A stretch of DNA of 64,000 nucleotides from Thermodesulfobacteriota bacterium (GTDB lineage: Bacteria > Desulfobacterota_D > UBA1144 > Nemesobacterales > JAJCZQ01): the NCBI GenBank assembly GCA_965215275.1, contig OZ244044.1:672001-736000 (forward strand), read 5' to 3'. How positions within the stretch are numbered: the stretch's first letter is position 1; the number at the start of each line of letters is the position of its first letter. Shown one piece after another: positions 1 through 10,033 of the stretch. Position numbers and translations under genes: made by a program. The notes beneath the pieces are model-generated. The model worked only from the letters and a program-made list of their open reading frames with translations, was not told the origin of the DNA and did no database searches.

Positions 1-37
1 GCGGTGGGCTAATATTAATGATTGAGGAGGAAACACC

Positions 38-277
38 ATGGAACAGCTCAAAGATTTAGTTTTAATGTTGGCAAAGTCCCTTGTTGACAGTCCGGATGCA
101 GTAGAAGTGCAAGAGGTCGTTGGAGAACAAACAACGGTTATAGAACTGAAGGTGGCAACTGATGACCTGGGCAAAATAATCGGTAAGCAGGGAAAGACCG
201 CAAAAGCGATCAGAACTATACTTAGTGCCGCAGCAGCTAAAATGAAAAAGCGTGCAGTGCTGGAAATTTTAGAATGA
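38..277 (+). CDS. khpA: KH-domain RNA-binding protein KhpA
   Basis: [17 protein letters not shown] motif; sits upstream of rimM-trmD-rplS. Confidence 0.93.
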   Translation: MEQLKDLVLMLAKSLVDSPDAVEVQEVVGEQTTVIELKVATDDLGKIIGKQGKTAKAIRTILSAAAAKMKKRAVLEILE

Positions 278-280
278 TCA

Positions 281-784
281 ATGAAGTTCATCGCTTATGG
301 TAAGATCCTGAAACCGCACGGACTTAAAGGGGAGATCAAAGTCCTTCCATACAGCACCAGCCCTGAAAACTTCAAGCAGGTCCAGTACATATATACAGAA
401 CCGGACAGTAAAAACCCTCAAAGACACAAAGTATCAGATAAAAGGTTCCATAAACACTTTATCATTGCCAAGCTCCAGAACGTCAACAGTATAGAAGAAG
501 CAGAAGCACTGCGGAACAAGGAAGTACACGTTGACAGAAACGAACTGCCTTCAAAACAAGAGGATGAATACTACTGGTTTGAACTTATCGGACTGAACGT
601 TTACGACGAGAACGAGTGCCTGATAGGTCAGGTGGATTCTCTGATAGATAATACCGCTCAGCCAATACTTGTTATTAAAAACGGTTCTGAAGAGTACATG
701 GTTCCGTTCATAGACCGCTTCGTTAAGGAAGTCGATCTTAACAGTTCAAAAATAGCAGTGGAGTCCATAGCGGATTTAATTTAG
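281..784 (+). CDS. rimM: 16S rRNA processing protein RimM
   Basis: GKILKPHGLKGEIKV and EDEYYWFELIGLNV motifs; operon context. Confidence 0.95.
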   Translation: MKFIAYGKILKPHGLKGEIKVLPYSTSPENFKQVQYIYTEPDSKNPQRHKVSDKRFHKHFIIAKLQNVNSIEEAEALRNKEVHVDRNELPSKQEDEYYWFELIGLNVYDENECLIGQVDSLIDNTAQPILVIKNGSEEYMVPFIDRFVKEVDLNSSKIAVESIADLI

Positions 785-808
785 CAGGTCGTTCAGTCCA
801 AAACTGCC

Positions 809-2110
809 ATGAAGTACGATATTATCACAATTTTTCCTGGTTTTTTTGACTCGATATTCTCGTCTGGAGTGATCAAGAAAGCCCTTGATAGTTCTATAAT
901 AGACGTTAAGGTCCACGATCTCAGAGACTACGCTGAAAACAAGCACAGATCGGTAGATGACACACCTTACGGTGGGGGCGGGGGAATGCTGATGAGTGCC
1001 AAACCCCTTTCAAAAGCCATTGAGAACATAAAAAAAAATGACGAAAAATCCCTTGTAGTCCTCACCTCTCCGCAAGGCGAGATACTGAACGACGATATGG
1101 TAAACGAGCTAAAGAATTATGAGCAGATGGTAATTTTATGCGGAAGGTACGAAGGAATAGACGAGAGGATCAGAGAACTTTACGTGAATAGAGAAATTTC
1201 AATTGGCGACTACGTTGTCTCGGGAGGAGAATACGCAGCGGTAATAATAGTGGATGCTGTCTCAAGGAACATCCCAGGTGTACTGGGAAACAAGGATTCA
1301 GCCGTTAATGATTCATATAGAAATGGTTTGCTTGAACACCCTCATTACACAAAACCTGAACTGTTCAAAGGTGCAAGAGTACCTTCGGTACTTTTATCAG
1401 GTAACCACCGGCAAATAAATAAATGGAGGCTTACCGAAAGTATAAAGAGAACGTTCATTAATCGTCCGGAACTTCTGGACCATGCAAAACTGGACGTTGA
1501 TGGAACGCAGCAACTTATAGAGGTCCAGAACGAGTTAAAACCTGATTTTAAAGTTTATATTGCATTAATTCACTATCCCGTTTACAATAGGAACTTCAAA
1601 AAAATCACAACTTCGTTTACGAATCTGGATGCTCACGACATTGCAAGAGCGGCAAAGACCTATGGTGTCAGTAAATTCTATCTTGTAAATCCAAACCAGG
1701 ACCAGAGAGCATTGGTAACGAAAGTGATCGAGCACTGGACCAAAGGGGCCGGAGTAGAATTTAATCCAACCCGTAAAGAGGCTTTGGAAACAGTAGATAT
1801 CAAAAAAGATCTTGAAGAAGTGCTGAACGAAATAGAAGAAACAGAGGGGACCAGACCAAAAGTGATCGCCACGGACGCAAGGATCAAGAAAAATAATATG
1901 GTTGGTTATAAAGAGTTAAGGAACGAAATATTGAAAGAAGAACGACCGTTCCTGATCCTTTTCGGAACCGGATGGGGATTGGATGATGATATTATAGATT
2001 CTGCAGACTACACCCTAAAACCCATTAAAGGATTTGAAGACTATAACCATCTGTCGGTCAGAAGTGCGGCATCAATAGTGTTAGACAGGCTGTTATGCTG
2101 TACAATATAA
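809..2110 (+). CDS. trmD: tRNA (guanine-N1)-methyltransferase TrmD fused to a C-terminal second SPOUT-type RNA methyltransferase domain (DUF2168-like)
   Basis: N-terminal VDDTPYGGGGGM, CGRYEGIDER and SIGDYVVSGGE; C-terminal IALIHYPVYN..DAHDIAR..FGTGWGL..YNHLSVRSAA. Confidence 0.92.
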   Translation: MKYDIITIFPGFFDSIFSSGVIKKALDSSIIDVKVHDLRDYAENKHRSVDDTPYGGGGGMLMSAKPLSKAIENIKKNDEKSLVVLTSPQGEILNDDMVNELKNYEQMVILCGRYEGIDERIRELYVNREISIGDYVVSGGEYAAVIIVDAVSRNIPGVLGNKDSAVNDSYRNGLLEHPHYTKPELFKGARVPSVLLSGNHRQINKWRLTESIKRTFINRPELLDHAKLDVDGTQQLIEVQNELKPDFKVYIALIHYPVYNRNFKKITTSFTNLDAHDIARAAKTYGVSKFYLVNPNQDQRALVTKVIEHWTKGAGVEFNPTRKEALETVDIKKDLEEVLNEIEETEGTRPKVIATDARIKKNNMVGYKELRNEILKEERPFLILFGTGWGLDDDIIDSADYTLKPIKGFEDYNHLSVRSAASIVLDRLLCCTI

Positions 2111-2125
2111 TTCAGGAGTATAAAG

Positions 2126-2467
2126 ATGAACGTTATAAATGAATTCGAAAAAGCACAAATAAGGGACGACGTACCCGATTTCAGAGCAGGTGACACCGTA
2201 GCCGTGCATTACAACATCAAAGAAGGTGACAGAAGAAGAAATCAGATATTCGAAGGTGTAGTAATTGCAAAAAAAGGCGGAGGTTTTAAAGAAACCTTTA
2301 CCATCAGAAAGATCTCTTATGGTATCGGAGTTGAAAGAATATTCCCAGTTCATTCACCTCTCATAAACAAGATCGAAGTAAAAAGAAAGGGTAAGGTCAG
2401 AAGAGCAAAACTTTATTACCTGCGTGGACTGTCAAAGAAAGCAAGTCGTATCAAAGAAAGGACGTAA
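2126..2467 (+). CDS. rplS: 50S ribosomal protein L19
   Basis: [16 protein letters not shown] and RRAKLYYLR motifs. Confidence 0.97.
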   Translation: MNVINEFEKAQIRDDVPDFRAGDTVAVHYNIKEGDRRRNQIFEGVVIAKKGGGFKETFTIRKISYGIGVERIFPVHSPLINKIEVKRKGKVRRAKLYYLRGLSKKASRIKERT

Positions 2468-2539
2468 GACCGGTCATCCGGTACCAGGCACGCGTTCTTC
2501 CGATAACTTGAAGTTTTGTAACCCGTGTTCTTCAGGCCG

Positions 2540-3268
2540 CTAACCTTCGTTCTGCTTCAAAGCCCCCATCACGTGAAACATTCGCTGCAGAGCAGTATAA
2601 ACAGAAAATATAAATAAGATAGCAAGCGATATTTTCAGCAAATAGTCTGATCCTGTAAAACCTATATACGCCGTGAGCATGTTCCCAAAATAGTTAAAAA
2701 CGGAAAGCAGGCCCAGGTAAACGACCCTTTCCGTTCTTTGCATAATCCCAACCTCACAGTTAACTCCTAACCCTTCTGCACGTGCCCGTGTATAACTAAC
2801 CATCATGGTTGAAACCACAATTAAGAATATCACATAAATATAATACGAATCTCTGAAATAGCTTAAAAGTCCCATATATATAAATGCTTCTGAGAACCTG
2901 TCCAGACAGGAATCAAAAAACGCCCCATGAGAAGAACTCAGATCCTGAGCTCTCGCAACTCTACCATCAAATATATCAAAAGTTGAACCGGCAAGTATTA
3001 AAACCCCTGCTACGAAGATCCAGCCAAGATGGAAAAAATATCCAGCAACTATAGAAACTATGAGAGTTGTAACGGTTAATACATTAGGGTGGTATTTATG
3101 CTCTATAAGATAATTCTCAATTGGTCTGACCAGAAGAAGCCACCATTCTTTCACACCTACGCCCAATAATTTGGACGATTCAGGTCTTTTTTTCCCCTTG
3201 GACCTATCAGTAAGTTCTTCTGATGAAATCATATATAAATTATAATCAGAATTTGCAGAAAAATGCAA
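2540..3268 (-). CDS. CDP-alcohol phosphatidyltransferase (PgsA/PIP-synthase-like); true start may be internal
   Basis: DIFDGRVAR..GAFFDSCLDR signature; SYTRARAEGLG. Confidence 0.88.
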   Translation of the reverse strand: MHFSANSDYNLYMISSEELTDRSKGKKRPESSKLLGVGVKEWWLLLVRPIENYLIEHKYHPNVLTVTTLIVSIVAGYFFHLGWIFVAGVLILAGSTFDIFDGRVARAQDLSSSHGAFFDSCLDRFSEAFIYMGLLSYFRDSYYIYVIFLIVVSTMMVSYTRARAEGLGVNCEVGIMQRTERVVYLGLLSVFNYFGNMLTAYIGFTGSDYLLKISLAILFIFSVYTALQRMFHVMGALKQNEG

Positions 3269-3465
3269 AAATATGCTGGATATTATAACGCTGAATTTTG
3301 AGAATTATACAGACAGCTATGCTGAATGAACAAAGACGGCGTTCTTAACAAAACTATATCTGACGGAAAGATCTCAGTTAGTTCAATACCTTTGAAAGGA
3401 CCGCTGCTAATTTTTTGGGACTTATATACTTAACTCCACAAAATTTAACACTTTATTTTTATCGT

Positions 3466-5078
<1,613 letters not shown>

Positions 5079-5082
<4 letters not shown>

Positions 5083-6002
5083 CCAACTAATCTCTTATAA
5101 GTCAGTCTTTTATTAAATGATCTGTCACACAACGAGTTAATTCTCTCCGTAGTGTGTCTCTTAACATTACCATCATTTAATCTGAAAGAAAACTCATTTA
5201 CATATCTGCCTATATGCTTTCTGTTTATTCTACCATGAAACACTCCGTCGAAACCCCTCTTTAATACTGCCCAGAAAGACTCTACACCATTCGTGCTTGC
5301 CATTCCTTTTACATATTCCTTAACGCTGTGATTAACAGAATCATGGTTATATCCTGCTACACCTCTTTTCCAGTGACTCGCATCATCCGTATAAAGTTGT
5401 GAACCACTTTCTATACTTTTATAAACTGCATTATGAACTGTAGATAAACTTGTATCTTCAACAGGCATTGCTTTAGTCTTGCCAGTTCGTTCCCTCATAC
5501 CAAGTATAACGGATTTTGTTTTTGTACTTTTTCCCTGATTATGTGGTGTTCTTTTATCTCTATGTTTGTTTTTTTCTTTACCTCCCACATAGGTCTCATC
5601 TATTTCTACTATACCTTTAAGCATTAAACTATCTTCCCCGCATGCCTCTCGTATCCTATGAAGCATAAACCACGCTGTCTTCTGCGTGACCCCTATCTCT
5701 TTTGCCATCTGAACCGATGATATACCTTTTCTTGCCGTTACAACTAAATACATTACATATATCCATTTGTGGAGTTGAACATGACTTTTACCAAATATCG
5801 TGCCACTGCGAACCGTAAAGTGCTTATAACAACCATTGCATTTATGGTAAGGTTTTCTCTTTAATCTTGTAGTATCAAAACATCCACATTCAGGACAAAA
5901 CACTCCATTCTTCCATCTTCTACTTTCCAGATATTCAATCGCTTTATCTTCATCAGAAAATTTAGACATAAGATCGTATGTGCTTATTGTGCTTTTACTC
6001 AT
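5079..6002 (-). CDS. IS1595-family (ISXO2-like) transposase
   Basis: Zn ribbon CPECG..CNGC; VEIDETYVGG, LYTDD, TNGVESFWAVLKRG, YVNEFSFRLN. Confidence 0.95.
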
Positions 6003-6053
6003 TACTTTTCCTCCGTTATTATATCCATTAATATAATAATTTACCTTGTGGAG

Positions 6054-8554
6054 TCAAGTATATAAGTCCCAATTTTTTATCCGAGACCTTATCTTCCTTC
6101 TGATAACAACGGATACAGGTATAAGCATCAGAGATGCTACTGCTGTGAGCATATCAGAAGCAGCTTCGTTCTGCTCGGAGACCGCACATCCTCCTCCACC
6201 TGCATCACTACCTGATGGTGTTGGTCTTCGTGTCGGTGGTCTTGTTGTTGGTGGGTCTGTTGGTCCTGGCGGCGTGGTTGTTACCCTGATAGTGAATCTC
6301 AGCTCGTCCGTATCTCCATCTTCATCCGTTACCGTATATGTATAACTGCCGGAAGATACAGCAGTTGGTGTTCCGCTGATCACTCGGTCAGTTTCACTGA
6401 AAGTAAGTCCAGCAGGTAAAGAAAGAGGGGACAGGCTGTAGGTTAATTCTCCATTCCCTGCTGTTGCCTCAGGCAGTGTTTCCTTTATTGCAGTTCCCGG
6501 CACGTAATTCTTATCTGGTATGGTCCAGCTGTTAAACGTCGGTTTATTACCAGACATATGACCATAGACCTTAATGTTCCATGAGTGTAAGGTCCCCGCA
6601 CCTGCGACTGAAGCGTTGGTTATCTTCAAGGTCCACTCTCCGGCAGGGTCCGTTCCCAAGTGATTAGCTAAACCAAAACGATGCTCTCTGCCTGTATAGT
6701 CAAAGTCGTCTACAGTAAGAGATCTGCCAGATAATAAAAGTGATAAAGCTTCTGCTGGATATGCCTCAGTGAGTTTTGACACTCTACCGTCAGGGGAAGT
6801 TATTTCTATACTTAAAAAAGGAAAGAAAGGGTGAGTGAAATTGATACCGATCTCTATAAATTCCGTAAATACCTCAGTACCTGTTATATCGATATCAGGT
6901 ACTGTAAGTGTGAAAACAGCGGAAACATCTTTTGCATCTTCTCCCGTTGTGAATCCTGGTATAACCGTATCGATATTACCCGAGGAAACCGTCACGGGTC
7001 TCATTGGCGGTGGAACGTTGGTCCAGCTTTCGGCAAGTTCTGCTGCAGCAGCAGCGTCTACAATGCCAAAACCGAATTTTGGATTGTAACGATAATATTC
7101 TGAATCAGAACCGTATTGAAGTGCCACTCTAGTCCATTGTGTGTCGGTAAAACCTAACTGTACGTCATGACTGGTTGAACCTGCCAGTATCAGTTTCAGG
7201 TCTCGCCAGCTAAGATCACTGTTTACCTCCCGCAGCAGTGCTGCTACTCCTGAAACGACAGCAGCTGAATTTGACGTTCCAGGGAACTCAAAACTGTAAC
7301 CGTCGTTATTGTCGGTAGTTACAATACCAGAACCCGGTGCACATACCCACAGATTGAAACCCTCTTCTGAAAAGGAACTTTTAGTAACACTAGATGAAGT
7401 CTTACCGCTCTCTGCTGAACATACAGTGGTTACAGCGTAGTAGTTGGAATACTCATCAAAATTAGCCTGCTCTGCTCCTTCATGTCCGTCCCCTGCTGCC
7501 CACACGTAAAATACTCCTTTACCACCAAATCCTTCTCTTATACCCGTTCTCACTCCTTCTTCCCATTCTGATGAAGCCTCTGTAAGAACCGGCAGGTCCT
7601 TCGGTCCCCAGTTGTTGACCGATACAGCCGTTATATCCTTATTACGGACCATGGCATCCTTTGCGTTAGCATCACTGAAGTTATCAGCTAAATTATAACT
7701 GTAGATGCCTGCCTGAGGTGCTACACCTCTTACTCCAAGGCTGTTATCACCCACTGCTGCTATAATGCCAGCCACACGTGTACCACGACCACTTGAAGGA
7801 CTGTACAGATCACCGCTTCCTGAATAATCATGAGAAAGTGTGGTATCCACGTTATCAGCAAGGTCCTCATGATCTGTGTCCATACCATGATCTACCACTG
7901 CTACGTTAATCCCAGCTCCAAATATACTATCATCCCAGACCTCTTCTATGTTTATATCTATATCTTCTTCAGAGGTTTGGAATATCAGCTCGCCACTTAC
8001 TTGCACATCAACTGCTGGACGTTTCAGATACCACTGACACCCGTATAAGGGATCATTTGGAAAATTGGTAGTGATATCTGTACAGTCGCCGAGTAAGTTT
8101 TGAGAATCAGCTAATAAAACTCTGATATTGTAGGGTGTACTTCCACTGCTTCCCACAACTATATAGTACATTCCCTGTCTTAAGCGGGTTTGTAGAGTGG
8201 CCGTTGCTGCGTTACCTGACAAAGTCACTTCAGCAGTACTTGCTATCAGACCATCATTGCTGTCACATAACTGTAAGCTGTATCCCAGATCATTGGAGAA
8301 GGGGAAATTTGCCTTTATATCTACAATAAGATCTTCATTTATGTTTGTCCGAAAGTAATGCGGACCAGAACCGGCAGCTAAACTTCCACTACGTGTACTT
8401 CCGGCTACTCTCAACGTAGCTTCGGTCGTTGCACTGGAGTCACAGTTATTAACGCTGGTCTGACCATATGCACCAACGTTTACAAAGCACAGAAGAAAGA
8501 AAAAGGGAATTAATAACTTATGGGGGGGGGTATTACTCTGAATAAGATGTTCAT
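6054..8554 (-). CDS. Surface S8/kexin-like pseudoprotease, copy 1 (P-domain, one putative Ig domain, GGGGC-TM-basic tail); frameshifted at a C9 tract just before the signal-peptide core
   Basis: VAVVDHG, RGTRVAG, WAAGDG, GTSNSA, GEWTLKITN; signal peptide KLLIPFFFLLCFVNVGAYG is in frame upstream of 8414; ATG 8554 is one base out of frame. Confidence 0.85.
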
Positions 8555-8563
8555 GACCTTTTC

Positions 8564-8593
8564 ATTTTACTTTGTATTATTAATGAATGTCAA
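8564..8593 (-). promoter_or_regulatory. Sigma70-like promoter TTGACA-N18-TAAAAT, conserved upstream of all three S8 paralogues
   Basis: Same motif at 29451-29480 and 45613-45642, each followed after 9 nt by an ATG. Confidence 0.6.
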
Positions 8594-8805
8594 GAATAAT
8601 TTCTTTTTTAACATGTACAAGTGCGGTACTGTACCATACCCTAACTCTCACCAATATCATCATAACCAGCCACAGTCCCAGTTCCTGCTCAAGCCGGGGT
8701 GAAACCGGCATGGGAAAAACTACCCGTCTGCAAATAAACGGATAGAAAATAATCAGACATATCAGACCCGAGCCTGCTTTCCATTCAGTCGGTGAAACAT
8801 GCCAG

Positions 8806-9450
8806 CTAAACAACATAAACAACCAAATAAACGACATTTGCCATGAAATGGAACGCCACACTTGACCAGATAGTGCCCGTTTTCATAAAAAGATATCCCA
8901 TTACGAGAGATGGAAAGAAAGTGCAGGCGTTGTTTACACAAACGGTACCTACGCTTCCCGCCGTCACGCAAACCAGTATCAGGTGAGCTATTGCAAACAA
9001 AGCACTGACCAGAACTATGGATTTGTACGTATTTCCAAACTCTCTCTGTAAATATCCTCGGAAAAAGAACTCTTCGGGAAAAGCAATTAATACAAACTGC
9101 GAAAATAAAAAGATACCGATCTCCCTTGTATCGCCAAACTTCCTGATATCCAAACTGCTTCCAACCCATTTGGAATATAGAAAGAGAAACAAGACATAAA
9201 AGAACAGGATAATGATCGATAAACCCAGTCCTTTAAGCAGTTTCGGTGTATTGAAGTGAAAAAAATCCAGGTCTTTGACCAATAATGCCGGAAGAATAAG
9301 CATTATATAGACACTGATATCCCATCCCAAAAACAGCTTTACAAAAAGAGAGGCAAGGAGCAAGACCAGATATGAAAAGACGGGTACTTTATAACGCTTA
9401 ATCAGTTCCTTTACCTTATAAAGCAAGGGAGTTCGTTTTATAAAAAGCAC
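8806..9450 (-). CDS. CPBP-family glutamic intramembrane protease, myxosortase/JDVT-CTERM-sortase-like
   Basis: PEEFFFRGYLQ, FAIAH and TFFPSLVMGYLFMKTGTIWSSVAFHFMAN motifs; multiple transmembrane segments. Confidence 0.8.
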   Translation of the reverse strand: MLFIKRTPLLYKVKELIKRYKVPVFSYLVLLLASLFVKLFLGWDISVYIMLILPALLVKDLDFFHFNTPKLLKGLGLSIIILFFYVLFLFLYSKWVGSSLDIRKFGDTREIGIFLFSQFVLIAFPEEFFFRGYLQREFGNTYKSIVLVSALFAIAHLILVCVTAGSVGTVCVNNACTFFPSLVMGYLFMKTGTIWSSVAFHFMANVVYLVVYVV

Positions 9451-9488
9451 TGATTACAAGCCCTTGGGTTAAACCTATCACGCGTCAT

Positions 9489-9926
9489 TTAATAAACGTT
9501 TTCAGTTTTCTCTGATTCACATACTTCGTTTACAGTGTCCTTTACCAGCTGTCCATCTTCCCAGACTCTTTCTCTGACCTTATGACAGTTCGTTCGCTCA
9601 TTAAAATCCTGTGGTGTGGCCTCGATCCTCCTGTATCCGTCCTCGCTCCTGTAAACCACGGGTCTGCCTTCCCGTGCAGCCTCGCGTGACGCCTGCTCGG
9701 ATATATCTGCAAGAGAACCTCCAAAGATAGCTCCCAGAGCGCTCCCTATAGAAGCACCTCTCCAGCGATTTTCTCTATCTATCAACGCCCCTGCGGCAGC
9801 GCCTACCGCAGCACCTATACTTGCACCTTCTCCAACGCTCTTGGTACATGACGGCATAAAAAATAAGCATCCAGCAAATAAAACCAAAGAAATTTTCAAA
9901 CAGATGTTCCTTAAACTGTTTATCAC
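9489..9926 (-). CDS. Glycine-zipper lipoprotein
   Basis: Lipobox-like MPSC; GASIGAAVGAAAGALI..GASIGSALGAIFG. Confidence 0.8.
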   Translation of the reverse strand: MINSLRNICLKISLVLFAGCLFFMPSCTKSVGEGASIGAAVGAAAGALIDRENRWRGASIGSALGAIFGGSLADISEQASREAAREGRPVVYRSEDGYRRIEATPQDFNERTNCHKVRERVWEDGQLVKDTVNEVCESEKTENVY

Positions 9927-10033
9927 TTTAATTCTCCCGTTAATGAACTTAACGATGAAATTCTAATCAAAATCAAATAAGTTGCAAAGCAATTAACGTT
10001 TTTTTGAAAATACTATATAATTACATTTTTTGA

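Noticed and set aside
1172..1181. Match of the candidate internal TnpB guide (agagaacttt) within trmD
   Set aside because: Only 10 nt, too short to distinguish from chance.
8693..8709. gccgg-N7-ccggc hairpin as a terminator between the CPBP gene and S8 copy 1
   Set aside because: Only a 5-bp stem with no convincing U-tract.
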